Part shown: piece after piece, positions 30,387 to 38,680 of the stretch | How positions within the stretch are numbered: the stretch's first letter is position 1 | Layout of the letters: every line of letters starts with the position of its first letter | NCBI GenBank assembly: GCA_049570475.1 | Contig: CP186953.1 | Location: forward strand, 288,001-352,000 | Origin: Candidatus Methanosuratincola verstraetei | GTDB taxonomy: Archaea > Thermoproteota > Methanomethylicia > Methanomethylicales > Methanomethylicaceae | DNA length: 64,000 nt | Reading direction: 5' to 3' | Notes under the pieces: model-generated | The model's input: the letters and a program-made list of their open reading frames with translations, nothing else | Told to the model about the DNA's origin: nothing | Databases searched by the model: none | Program-made: the position numbers and the translations under genes

Positions 30387-30954
30387 TGCCCATGAACAGG
30401 GGGGTCACATAGGTCTCCATTATTGCGGCAGCGAATAGCAGGATTGCAGACAGCACGAAGAGCCTCACAGATTTTTCAAAATCATTCGATACCGAGAATT
30501 CGCTTTTCTTTATCTTGGACACAACCTTCTTTAGGACGGCGATCCCGAACCTGAACCCTGCCGCTGCTGCGATCACCAACGCAGGCATCTCAAAGATCCC
30601 GTGTGGCGCAAGCGCAGCAATCGCGGCCCACAAAGAGACTTCATTCGTCACGATCGTCCCGACCATCCCCAAGAGGTACCCATTAAGAAGGAGTATTGCG
30701 GCAGGCACGATGATCGCCGGAGAGAGGATGAAAGCCATCCCTGCGGTCAATAGATTCTTGAAGAACAGGAATACAACCGTGAAAGGCTGAAATGGCTTGT
30801 AGAATTGAAAGAGTGGCTCCAGTTGATCGATCAATGAGTTCGATCCACTAGACGCATCTACTGAAGATCCAGCAATGGCTCCAAATATCATTCCGGCTAG
30901 GAAAAGAATGGTTGCGACAGCCAAGTACTTGGCATTTTCATTTATAGGACGCAT
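30376..30954 (-). CDS. SpoIIM/DUF95 family membrane protein
   Basis: FFKN, LLLNG, PHGIFEMPA, AAIMETYVTP. Confidence 0.85.
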   Translation of the reverse strand: MRPINENAKYLAVATILFLAGMIFGAIAGSSVDASSGSNSLIDQLEPLFQFYKPFQPFTVVFLFFKNLLTAGMAFILSPAIIVPAAILLLNGYLLGMVGTIVTNEVSLWAAIAALAPHGIFEMPALVIAAAAGFRFGIAVLKKVVSKIKKSEFSVSNDFEKSVRLFVLSAILLFAAAIMETYVTPLFMGISP

Positions 30955-31228
30955 CGAAATCACTTGACAGAATTTCCTTGTGTTCAGGATGTTTTTTAAA
31001 GTATTCCAAGGCAAACGGGCAGACTGGCACTACCTTCAGCCCTTTCTCCCTTGCATAACTTATTGCCGCCTCGACCAGCCTCGCGCCGACTCCTTTCCCT
31101 CGGAACTCTTCCGGCGTATAAGTGGAATCAAGGAAAATCCGGCTGCCCTCGATATGGTAGGCCAGCTCGGCCGAGCTCTTTTTGGAGAGCCTTATCGTGA
31201 AGGCATCCCCCGTATTCTCCACTTCCAT
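30938..31228 (-). CDS. Small GNAT acetyltransferase (YjdJ-like)
   Basis: TYTPEEFRGKGVG, VVPVCPF. Confidence 0.85.
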   Translation of the reverse strand: MEVENTGDAFTIRLSKKSSAELAYHIEGSRIFLDSTYTPEEFRGKGVGARLVEAAISYAREKGLKVVPVCPFALEYFKKHPEHKEILSSDFDASYK

Positions 31229-31302
31229 TTTTTGCACCGTTGTTTTTATAGTGGGGCAACCAATAAAAATAGATTGCCTATGAAAACACCTCTGGTGATT
31301 TT

Positions 31303-31959
31303 ATGAAGATCATCTATCTTGGTCACGCAGGCTTTGGCATAGTTTTGGACGGGGTAAGCATTGTCGTCGACCCTTATATATCCAAAAACCCTTCTTCAAG
31401 GCTTGGATTGGCAGATGTTCCGAGAGCGGACATAGTCGCTGTCACTCACTCTCACTTCGACCATTTTGGGGATGCCGCGGAGATAGCAAAGCGGGATGGC
31501 TCATGCTTTGTGGCAGTGTATGACACCGTTGAGATTGCCGAGAGAGAAGGGGTGCTAAGAACAGAAGCAATGAACGTTGGGGGCTCTTGCATAGTCAAGG
31601 GCATTAAGATCGATTGCGTTCCAGCACTGCATACAGGGAATCCTTGCGGCTTCGTCTTCTCCGGGAAGGGGGGCAGGGTCTACCATGCAGGGGACACAGG
31701 GCTATTCGGTGACATGAAGCTGATAGGGGAGATCTGCAGACCGGATGTGGTCATGCTGCCCATAGGCGGAAGATTCACGATGGGACCCGAGGAGGCTGCG
31801 ATCGCCACGGGGCTAATTAGACCCAAAACAGTGATACCGATGCACTACAACACATTCGAGGCAATAAGGCAAGACCCGCACCGTTTCGCTTCGCTCGTCA
31901 AGGAGAGGTCGGATGCGAAGGTCATAATAATGAAGGAAGGCGACAGTATAGAGATCTAG
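31303..31959 (+). CDS. Metallo-beta-lactamase-fold hydrolase (UPF0173)
   Basis: THSHFDH, YHAGDT, PIGGRFTM, IPMHYNTF. Confidence 0.9.
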   Translation: MKIIYLGHAGFGIVLDGVSIVVDPYISKNPSSRLGLADVPRADIVAVTHSHFDHFGDAAEIAKRDGSCFVAVYDTVEIAEREGVLRTEAMNVGGSCIVKGIKIDCVPALHTGNPCGFVFSGKGGRVYHAGDTGLFGDMKLIGEICRPDVVMLPIGGRFTMGPEEAAIATGLIRPKTVIPMHYNTFEAIRQDPHRFASLVKERSDAKVIIMKEGDSIEI

Positions 31960-31970
31960 GGGCGGTACTC

Positions 31971-32936
31971 ATGGTTGAAATGAGCAAAGATGAAAGGACC
32001 AAGGCTAGAGAGGCTCTGCTCTCAAGGAGGGTGGAGGATCTTACTGTCGCTGACTTCGCGACTGTAAGGGACCTCGTGGAAGGGTTCGGCAGGATGGGCG
32101 GATTCATGGCGCCCAGGCTAAGTGAGGCAACGAAGATCATGGAGGAGATGAGATCCGAGGGTTGCGTGAAGTTCCTCTCATTCACAGGGAACATAATCTC
32201 GACAGGCCTCAGGGGAGTGATATCAGATCTGATAAGGGGCGGCTGGGCTGACGTCATAGTCACCACCTGCGGCGCACTTGATCACGACCTCGCGAGGAGC
32301 TTCGGCGCAAGATACTCCTCGGGAGAGTTCGAGCTGGACGATGTGATGCTTAACGAGCTGGAGATACACCGGCTCGGAAATGTGCTCATTCCCCTCGAGG
32401 ACTACGGCCCGCTGATAGAGAAGGTGATGAGGAGGGAGCTCCCAGAGATCCTGAGGGGAAGAACTTCGATATCGCCCAGCGAGCTGGCCAGCGAGTTTGG
32501 GAGGAGGATTGACGATAGCCACTCTTTCCTGAGGGCCGCATACGAGAGAGGAGTCCCGGTATATGTCCCAGGGGTCATCGACGGCTCCTTCGGCACAAAC
32601 CTCTTCTTCTACGCGCAGACCAACAAGTTCAACCTCGACCTCTTCAGCGACATGAGCCGGATTTTGAATACGGTCTTCGACTCCAAGAAGACTGGAGCGC
32701 TAATAATAGGGGGCGGCATAAGCAAGCACCATGTGATATGGTGGAACCAGTTCAAGGAGGGGCTTGACTACTGCATATACCTAACTACCGCCCAGGAGTA
32801 TGATGGCAGCCTATCAGGCGCTTTGCCAAAGGAGGCCATATCTTGGGGCAAGGTAAAGCCCAGGGCGAAACATCTCGCAGTCTTCGGTGACGTCACAATA
32901 ACCCTCCCGCTGATTGCAGGCGCCATCTCGAAGTGA
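31971..32936 (+). CDS. dys: Deoxyhypusine synthase
   Basis: TGNIISTGLRG, HRLGNV, GGGISKHH, DGSLSGA..EAISWGK. Confidence 0.95.
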   Translation: MVEMSKDERTKAREALLSRRVEDLTVADFATVRDLVEGFGRMGGFMAPRLSEATKIMEEMRSEGCVKFLSFTGNIISTGLRGVISDLIRGGWADVIVTTCGALDHDLARSFGARYSSGEFELDDVMLNELEIHRLGNVLIPLEDYGPLIEKVMRRELPEILRGRTSISPSELASEFGRRIDDSHSFLRAAYERGVPVYVPGVIDGSFGTNLFFYAQTNKFNLDLFSDMSRILNTVFDSKKTGALIIGGGISKHHVIWWNQFKEGLDYCIYLTTAQEYDGSLSGALPKEAISWGKVKPRAKHLAVFGDVTITLPLIAGAISK

Positions 32937-32942
32937 TGTTTT

Positions 32943-33767
32943 TTGACAAAATTCAGGCACTGCTACCCTGTGAACCACAGGCCCGCAAAGGTGAGGGAGA
33001 GGGAGCTTTACTACAGCAGGCTTGACTTCAGGAGGATCGAATCGTGGTTCAGGGAGAAGGCTCGCAGGGGGAAATTGCCGATCTTCGAAGTCGATCCTGG
33101 AAACGAATCCGGATATTTCAAGAGAAGGTATGCTGACAAGGTGGGCAAGCTCCTTTTCTTTACCGCAGGCTCGGTGGATGATCTCAAAGAAATGGTCCTA
33201 GAGTATTTGCCTGAGGATCTGTATTACGACAGGAACATCTACAGGGACCAAGATCGCTGCGCAGAATGCGACGACAGGGGTGAAAAATGCCTCAATTGTG
33301 AAGGGCTGTCCGGGCAGGAGCTGATGTTCGACATTGATCCCGAGAACATCGAATGCCCGAACTGCGGCACTCTCGAAGACAGAGTGAAAGGTCGTTCGAT
33401 GTTCCAATTCTGCTACATCTGCTTTAACAGAGCAATTGACGAGACAGTCAGGCTATATGACGAGCTTTTGGGGAAAGGCTTCACGGATCTCTCTGTTGTT
33501 TTTTCGGGCAGGGGATTCCATATCTATGTTTTTGACGAGGCAGGCCTCAAGATGGGGTTCGAGGAAAGGAAGAGGCTTGGGGAGTCCTTGCTCAGGAGAG
33601 GGTTTCCGATTGATCAATGGGTAACCGACGGCGAAGCTCGGTTAGCTAGGGTGCCTTTTTCACTGAACGGGCTAGTGAGCAGGGTCTGCACCCCTATTAA
33701 AATCGAGGAGATAAGAAAAAACAACTACTGGAGAGATAGGCCGTTTGTTCCGGATTTTCTGCTTTGA
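32943..33767 (+). CDS. Archaeo-eukaryotic primase (PriS-like) protein with Cys clusters
   Basis: ELMFDID (motif I), FSGRGFHIY (motif II), ID..V...RLARVPFSLNG (motif III). Confidence 0.75.
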   Translation: MTKFRHCYPVNHRPAKVRERELYYSRLDFRRIESWFREKARRGKLPIFEVDPGNESGYFKRRYADKVGKLLFFTAGSVDDLKEMVLEYLPEDLYYDRNIYRDQDRCAECDDRGEKCLNCEGLSGQELMFDIDPENIECPNCGTLEDRVKGRSMFQFCYICFNRAIDETVRLYDELLGKGFTDLSVVFSGRGFHIYVFDEAGLKMGFEERKRLGESLLRRGFPIDQWVTDGEARLARVPFSLNGLVSRVCTPIKIEEIRKNNYWRDRPFVPDFLL

Positions 33768-33770
33768 TCG

Positions 33771-33833
33771 CTACTTCTTCTTAACTGCTTTCTCTTCCTT
33801 CTTCTTGTACTCTTTTTTCTTTTCTGCAGCCAT
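33771..33833 (-). CDS. Unannotated 20-aa Lys/Glu-rich small protein MAAEKKKEYKKKEEKAVKKK
   Basis: ATG...TAG read directly; GAGGA SD 7 nt upstream; AAAAAATTATAT BRE/TATA-like element ~35 nt upstream. Confidence 0.55.
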   Translation of the reverse strand: MAAEKKKEYKKKEEKAVKKK

Positions 33834-33912
33834 TTTGTATTCCTCAATTAATATTGCATATTTTTAAGATATAATTTTTTCTAAAGTAGGCATTTGTTTT
33901 ATTTTTTTGGCG

Positions 33913-34290
33913 TCATTTTTGCGAAATCAAACGCCCGTAGATCTCGTTGATCGCCCGGTTTGTGACGTACCCTCTGTGGGGGCGCAGCCCCCCGCCGAAA
34001 GTCTTTGGTATGTGTAGGAGCTCATGTATTACCACTTTCACCTTTTCTTCATAGCTCAACTTGTCGAAGCGCTCGGAAATGACCTCTATTATGTAGTGGG
34101 CAGGCGTGTTCAGCCCCATCTGCCAGATCTTTGGGAGCGAATAGCACCTGGCAATTACTCTTTTTGATCTAGACCCCTGGCTCCGGAAGCATAAAACCCG
34201 ATCTGGGTCAATATAGCTCATCCCTGCCTTTTTTACAACTTCCCGGACCATTGCTTCCAGATCATCAGCGGGGCGATAAGATATTGGCAT
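33913..34290 (-). CDS. Putative metallopeptidase (HExxH)
   Basis: YIIEVISERF, IHELLHIP..GGLRPH. Confidence 0.8.
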   Translation of the reverse strand: MPISYRPADDLEAMVREVVKKAGMSYIDPDRVLCFRSQGSRSKRVIARCYSLPKIWQMGLNTPAHYIIEVISERFDKLSYEEKVKVVIHELLHIPKTFGGGLRPHRGYVTNRAINEIYGRLISQK

Positions 34291-34353
34291 CTCTATCGTT
34301 GATTGGGTTATTCCTGCGTGGATAAAAATGTTGGGATTCTGGGACTAGACTGA

Positions 34354-34770
34354 TCAGTGCCTGCGCCTACCCCTTCTTGAATCGTCATGGAAGAGCGGCC
34401 TGAACTTCGGTATCTTCTGGTCGTAAGACCTGTTTGAGATATTGTTTTCAGTGTTCGCGATTACCTCTTCCTCGGATGGCTCGATTGTGCCGTACCTGCC
34501 TGTGTTAAGACGCATATTCCCCCTGAAGAGCGATATGTAACCATTCCTTATCCAGATCGACTTGCCGACCTGCACCTTCTCGACATCGCTGTCCCAAAGG
34601 CTCATCAACACGCACCCTGTGGAGTCGCCCACGAGAACCTCGGAGACGCGGTGTTGTGATCCGTCCTTAGTGGAAACTTCCCTTGGAGGGTTTATTTCGA
34701 GAACCTTCGCAAGGATATCGACGCTTCTTGAAGCGGGGTTTAATTCCTCTATCTTCTTTATTTCAGACAT
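34354..34770 (-). CDS. ssb: Single OB-fold ssDNA-binding protein (crenarchaeal-type SSB)
   Basis: VGDSTG..MSLW, NGY..FRGNMRLNTGRYG, basic C-terminal tail. Confidence 0.85.
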   Translation of the reverse strand: MSEIKKIEELNPASRSVDILAKVLEINPPREVSTKDGSQHRVSEVLVGDSTGCVLMSLWDSDVEKVQVGKSIWIRNGYISLFRGNMRLNTGRYGTIEPSEEEVIANTENNISNRSYDQKIPKFRPLFHDDSRRGRRRH

Positions 34771-34868
34771 TATTCAATCCAACTTTATTGTTTAATACCT
34801 CCCAGACGGGAGGGCTGAAAAAAGGAAATGGGGACCGTATAAATAAGCTTTCCCTTGCCTTGCCTTGC

Positions 34869-35924
34869 CTACCGCTTCCTCTCGCCCTTAACGAAAGACA
34901 TGAACCACTCCATTGACTCGTTCAGGGGAGATCTGATCGGCGGGTTCTTGAACCCGTATGACGAGACGCTGGTCAGTTGCCCCCCGATCCCCCTGTCTAT
35001 AGCGATCTTGACGCCCCTGATCACGTCGAGCAGTATCCCGGCCCCATTCGCGCTGTCATGAGTCCTCAAGTAGATGTCAATGATTACATCGCTTCCCAAG
35101 CAGTTCTTCCCCTCAACATAGAAATATCCGGTTCGGCAGTCTCTCATGAAACCGACATAGTCGGACGTCCCTGTGGCGACCTTTGAATCCGTCGGAAGGA
35201 CTTGTTTTATCGCCTCAGATTTTATTTTACGCTTCTCTTCCCGCCTGAAGTCTTCAAGGACGCCGTATGCCTCAACGGTCCCTCCTATGTCGAGCTGGTA
35301 AGTCTTTGTCACATCGACGCCCCTTTTTGCCAAAAAGTCCAGCACGCCCATATGGAACACGGTCCCGCCCATCTGGCTCATAAGATCGTCACCAGCCAGC
35401 GGGAGGCCCCTGTCTTCGAAAGACTCGACCCAGCGGTTGTCGGAAGCAATTTTGGCAGGGGTGCAGTTGACGAAGGCGTAGCCAGCCTTTAGCGCAGAGT
35501 CGGCATAGAACTCGACCGCCTTTTGGGCTCCGGTGGGCAAGAGGCATAGCAATATATCCGCATCCAGTTGCTCAAGGTACGAAGGCACATCGACAGGCGG
35601 GGAGTCGTCCACCTTGATTACATCCTTCAGGACGCCATCAGCCCCGTCCAACACAGGACCCTTGACTACAACGACTCCTGCCGGAGGCGGGTTGCAGAAC
35701 TTTGGAGCGACATTCGGCTCGGCAAAAATGGCCTCCGAGAGGTCGCGCCCGACCTTCCGAGAGTCGATATCGATCCCGCCAACCACCTGTATATCAGACG
35801 GCTTGAAGCCGCCCAAGTCATAGTTCATCAACCCCCTCGGGTTTTCAGCATGATAATGGATGCTCTGAACCAATGCGGAGCAGCAGTTGCCTACGCCCGC
35901 CACCACTACTTTGATCTTGCTCAT
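34869..35924 (-). CDS. ino1: myo-inositol-1-phosphate synthase family
   Basis: GVGNCCSALVQ, GDDLMSQMGGT, DSANGAG. Confidence 0.85.
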   Translation of the reverse strand: MSKIKVVVAGVGNCCSALVQSIHYHAENPRGLMNYDLGGFKPSDIQVVGGIDIDSRKVGRDLSEAIFAEPNVAPKFCNPPPAGVVVVKGPVLDGADGVLKDVIKVDDSPPVDVPSYLEQLDADILLCLLPTGAQKAVEFYADSALKAGYAFVNCTPAKIASDNRWVESFEDRGLPLAGDDLMSQMGGTVFHMGVLDFLAKRGVDVTKTYQLDIGGTVEAYGVLEDFRREEKRKIKSEAIKQVLPTDSKVATGTSDYVGFMRDCRTGYFYVEGKNCLGSDVIIDIYLRTHDSANGAGILLDVIRGVKIAIDRGIGGQLTSVSSYGFKNPPIRSPLNESMEWFMSFVKGERKR

Positions 35925-36040
35925 AGCTATCCCTCGCTGCTTGTTAGCAGAGAAGACCTATTAAAATCAATTGTTTTGAGGAAAAAGTATATATTCGATA
36001 AAGATTAACTGTTAAACAGCAATACTGAGAGCTGTGTAAG

Positions 36041-36424
36041 ATGACTACACAACCTGCCGAGCAGCAGCCGGTGCTGGAAAAGCTTGAGAAAGAGATTTCT
36101 TCAATTAAGTTCATGCTGGAGCAGATCCTCTCTCTCCAGCAGCAGCTCATCGAGAAAGCGAGGATCAAGGGGGGGCAAGGGGATTCAGAGCTGCCTGCCG
36201 ATGGCCTGGACATCAGCATACTTTTGAAGCTCCCAGACCACTTGAGGAAGACGATGCTGGCACTTGCGAAGCTCGTTGAGGCTCGTGCAGATGAAGTTGC
36301 AGATATAACTCAGAGGGCCAGAGCAATTGAGAGCGGCTATCTGAACCAACTCGTCAGGTTGGGTTACGTCAAGAAAGTGCGAAGGAAGCACCAGATATAT
36401 TTCACAATCAACAATGAGGAATGA
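36041..36424 (+). CDS. Coiled-coil + winged HTH protein
   Basis: ADEVADITQRARAIESGYLNQLVRLGYV..IYF wHTH pattern; overlaps the downstream ATPase gene. Confidence 0.7.
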   Translation: MTTQPAEQQPVLEKLEKEISSIKFMLEQILSLQQQLIEKARIKGGQGDSELPADGLDISILLKLPDHLRKTMLALAKLVEARADEVADITQRARAIESGYLNQLVRLGYVKKVRRKHQIYFTINNEE

Positions 36425-37203
36425 TTATGAAGAAATTCGTCACGATACACTCCTTCAAGGGAGGGACGGGAAAGAGCTACTTAGCAGCCAACTTAGCAAC
36501 CATCTATGCCCTCCAGGGCAAGAAGGTTTGCCTACTGGACATGGACTTCAGGGCCCCTACCCAGCATATAGTCTTTGAGCCCAAGAATGTCAAGCGATGG
36601 CTCAACGATGTGATGAACGGGAATGCAGAGGTAGAGGACTGCCTCATTGACTGCTCTGAAAAGATCGAGAACAAAGGGAAATTGTATGTGGGCTTTGCGG
36701 ACTTTTCCACCGAGGCGATCAGAGACATGATATCCAAGGGCAGGAAATGGGAGACGGAGGCCCTCCAGAGGATCCTTGTGATGAGGAAGGATCTTCTTGA
36801 GAAGATGAATTTCGATGTCTGTTTAGCGGACACTAGCCCAGGCATACAGTACTCCTCAATCAATGCGGTCGTCGCTGCTGATGTAGCGATAGTCGTATCG
36901 ACTCTTGACGACTCTGACATCTACGGAACGACCAAGATGATAAACGAGCTTTACGAAGTATTCCAGAAGAAGGTTGCCATAGTTGTGAACAAGGCAATCG
37001 GCGGATGCGAGATGAGCGACCTTGAGAAGTCGAATATCGTAAACACTCTGCAAGAAAAGTACAGGCAGGCGATAATAGGGGTCTTGCCGTGCTATTGCGA
37101 AGTTGGGAAAATGAAGAGGGCGTCCATATTTGCGTATAACCATCCGAAGCATCCTTTCACAGAGATGCTCAGGATGATTGCTGCAAAAGTAGAGATACTC
37201 TGA
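36421..37203 (+). CDS. MinD/ParA-family ATPase
   Basis: Deviant Walker A KGGTGKS, LLDMDFRAP, DTSPG, VVNK. Confidence 0.88.
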   Translation: MIMKKFVTIHSFKGGTGKSYLAANLATIYALQGKKVCLLDMDFRAPTQHIVFEPKNVKRWLNDVMNGNAEVEDCLIDCSEKIENKGKLYVGFADFSTEAIRDMISKGRKWETEALQRILVMRKDLLEKMNFDVCLADTSPGIQYSSINAVVAADVAIVVSTLDDSDIYGTTKMINELYEVFQKKVAIVVNKAIGGCEMSDLEKSNIVNTLQEKYRQAIIGVLPCYCEVGKMKRASIFAYNHPKHPFTEMLRMIAAKVEIL

Positions 37204-37207
37204 TTGA

Positions 37208-38410
37208 TCAGGTGTATTTTTCCCTTATCTTTTTGGCAGTCTCGATGTAGTCCCTGAGTTCCTTCGACTGGATTATTTTGTCCGGGAGCGTTTCAGGGAG
37301 CAGGAATGAAGTGATGACAACAGACAAGAAGAGGAAAATGCTAGTCAAGGGAAATGCCTGGTTCAAGTCGTAACGGAGACCAAAAAGAGGGATTATGTTC
37401 TTGAAGTATATCGAGGCGACACCGATAGTGAGGGCGGTTGCCGTATACAGGGGACGAGCCCGTATAGATCCGACATCCCCCCATATGACAAGAAGGAACA
37501 ATGTTGAGAGCAAGCCCCAAGCGACCCCGTCAATGAAGGTGTACCTTATGAGGTCGCCAGAGGAAAGCGAAATGAAAGAATACTCGATCCCCAAGTACAA
37601 ATATGCAAATATAATCAGCTTGCGCCTCCCGACATTATCGGCTATCGCACCGCCGATTATCATGGCAGACAGGCCGAGGGTGACGGATTCCAAGTTAATC
37701 CAATAGATTTCATTTGGAGTGAGCCTCTGTAAAGCCATGTTGCTCACAATTACATCGACTAGCAAGAAGATGAACCACACAAACATGTAGAGCAAGGGAA
37801 CCCTAAGCGGGTGCCTCACGAACGCGGGCTCTTCAACATCTGCTTTTTTGATCGGTCGGAATGAGATCAGCAGAATGGAGATTGCCTTCAGTACCAACAG
37901 GAACAGTGCCAAATCGAAAGCAGAAGAGATTACGGTCGATGAGATGATTATAAGCAAATAAATTGAAAATATGTAAATTCCTGAGACTGCGCCCCTGTTT
38001 TCAAAGTTGGTTATCTCAAGCAGATGGCATATAACATCGGGGATGCAAAGGCCGGCCGTAACACCCCCCAGAACTGAATATACGATCAGCCCGAGTATGC
38101 CCTCTAATCTAAAAAATATCAAGGATGCGAATAAAACCCCAAGCAGGTTCCAGGCCAGATGGACCTTTTTTTGAATTTTTTGGCGAAAAATTGCTCCGAG
38201 AAACATTGAGATTATGGAAGTTAGGAAGAGCGCTGATAAAAAGGCAAGAGAATAACCATACCCGATCAAATTGGATATGAAGGAATGGAATGTCACTATC
38301 TGGTAGACAGAGGCGATCGAGAGAACCCCGTACAGGGACATACTTTTTTGGGACGCGACTACCCTTGCCCCTTGCACCAAGGATCTCCCAAAGGACTTTA
38401 GGATTGGCAT
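37208..38410 (-). CDS. MFS-fold membrane protein
   Basis: ~12 hydrophobic segments, GAIADNVGRRK (MFS motif A), C-terminal LPETLP. Confidence 0.75.
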   Translation of the reverse strand: MPILKSFGRSLVQGARVVASQKSMSLYGVLSIASVYQIVTFHSFISNLIGYGYSLAFLSALFLTSIISMFLGAIFRQKIQKKVHLAWNLLGVLFASLIFFRLEGILGLIVYSVLGGVTAGLCIPDVICHLLEITNFENRGAVSGIYIFSIYLLIIISSTVISSAFDLALFLLVLKAISILLISFRPIKKADVEEPAFVRHPLRVPLLYMFVWFIFLLVDVIVSNMALQRLTPNEIYWINLESVTLGLSAMIIGGAIADNVGRRKLIIFAYLYLGIEYSFISLSSGDLIRYTFIDGVAWGLLSTLFLLVIWGDVGSIRARPLYTATALTIGVASIYFKNIIPLFGLRYDLNQAFPLTSIFLFLSVVITSFLLPETLPDKIIQSKELRDYIETAKKIREKYT

Positions 38411-38473
38411 TATTACAGGGTTTAATCGAAGGGATATTTAAGACTTGCAACATCCCCTTGAGTTGTGGATTGC

Positions 38474-38487
38474 GAAAACTTTTTATG
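38474..38487 (+). promoter_or_regulatory. Putative BRE/TATA promoter for the tandem peptide genes
   Basis: GAAAACTTTTTATG ~65 nt upstream of the first peptide ATG. Confidence 0.45.
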
Positions 38488-38536
38488 TTAGATTGTTGTA
38501 TATTTGTATAACTGAAAAACAAAAATAACAAAAAAT

Positions 38537-38678
38537 GGTGGTAAAAAAATGAAGAATTATAACCCGACTCCCGTAAGATTGTGGGTCCCTGGTTGAAAAA
38601 ACTAAAAGAATAAAAGAAAGGGTGGTAAAAAAATGAAGAATTATAACCCGACTCCCGTAAGATTGTGGGTCCCTGGTT
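38537..38678. repeat. Perfect 58-bp direct repeat x2 (period 84 bp)
   Basis: GGTGGTAAAAAAATGAAGAATTATAACCCGACTCCCGTAAGATTGTGGGTCCCTGGTT at 38537-38594 and 38621-38678. Confidence 0.97.
38549..38596 (+). CDS. Putative 15-aa precursor peptide copy 1, MKNYNPTPVRLWVPG
   Basis: GGTGG SD-like motif 7 nt before ATG; ends TGA; duplicated. Confidence 0.7.
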   Translation: MKNYNPTPVRLWVPG

Positions 38679-38680
38679 AA
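38633..38680 (+). CDS. Putative 15-aa precursor peptide copy 2, MKNYNPTPVRLWVPG
   Basis: GGGTGG SD-like motif; ends TAA, overlapping the stop codon of the convergent prenyltransferase gene. Confidence 0.7.
   Translation: MKNYNPTPVRLWVPG

Noticed and set aside
38535-38552. Upstream micro-ORF MVVKK overlapping the first peptide start
   Set aside because: Present only in copy 1 and has no SD; probably incidental.
38537-38678. 58-bp direct repeat as a mini-CRISPR array or att site
   Set aside because: It is too long and unrelated to the array repeat, the linker is low-complexity A-rich, and there is no integrase or tRNA. The boundaries match RBS + ORF instead.
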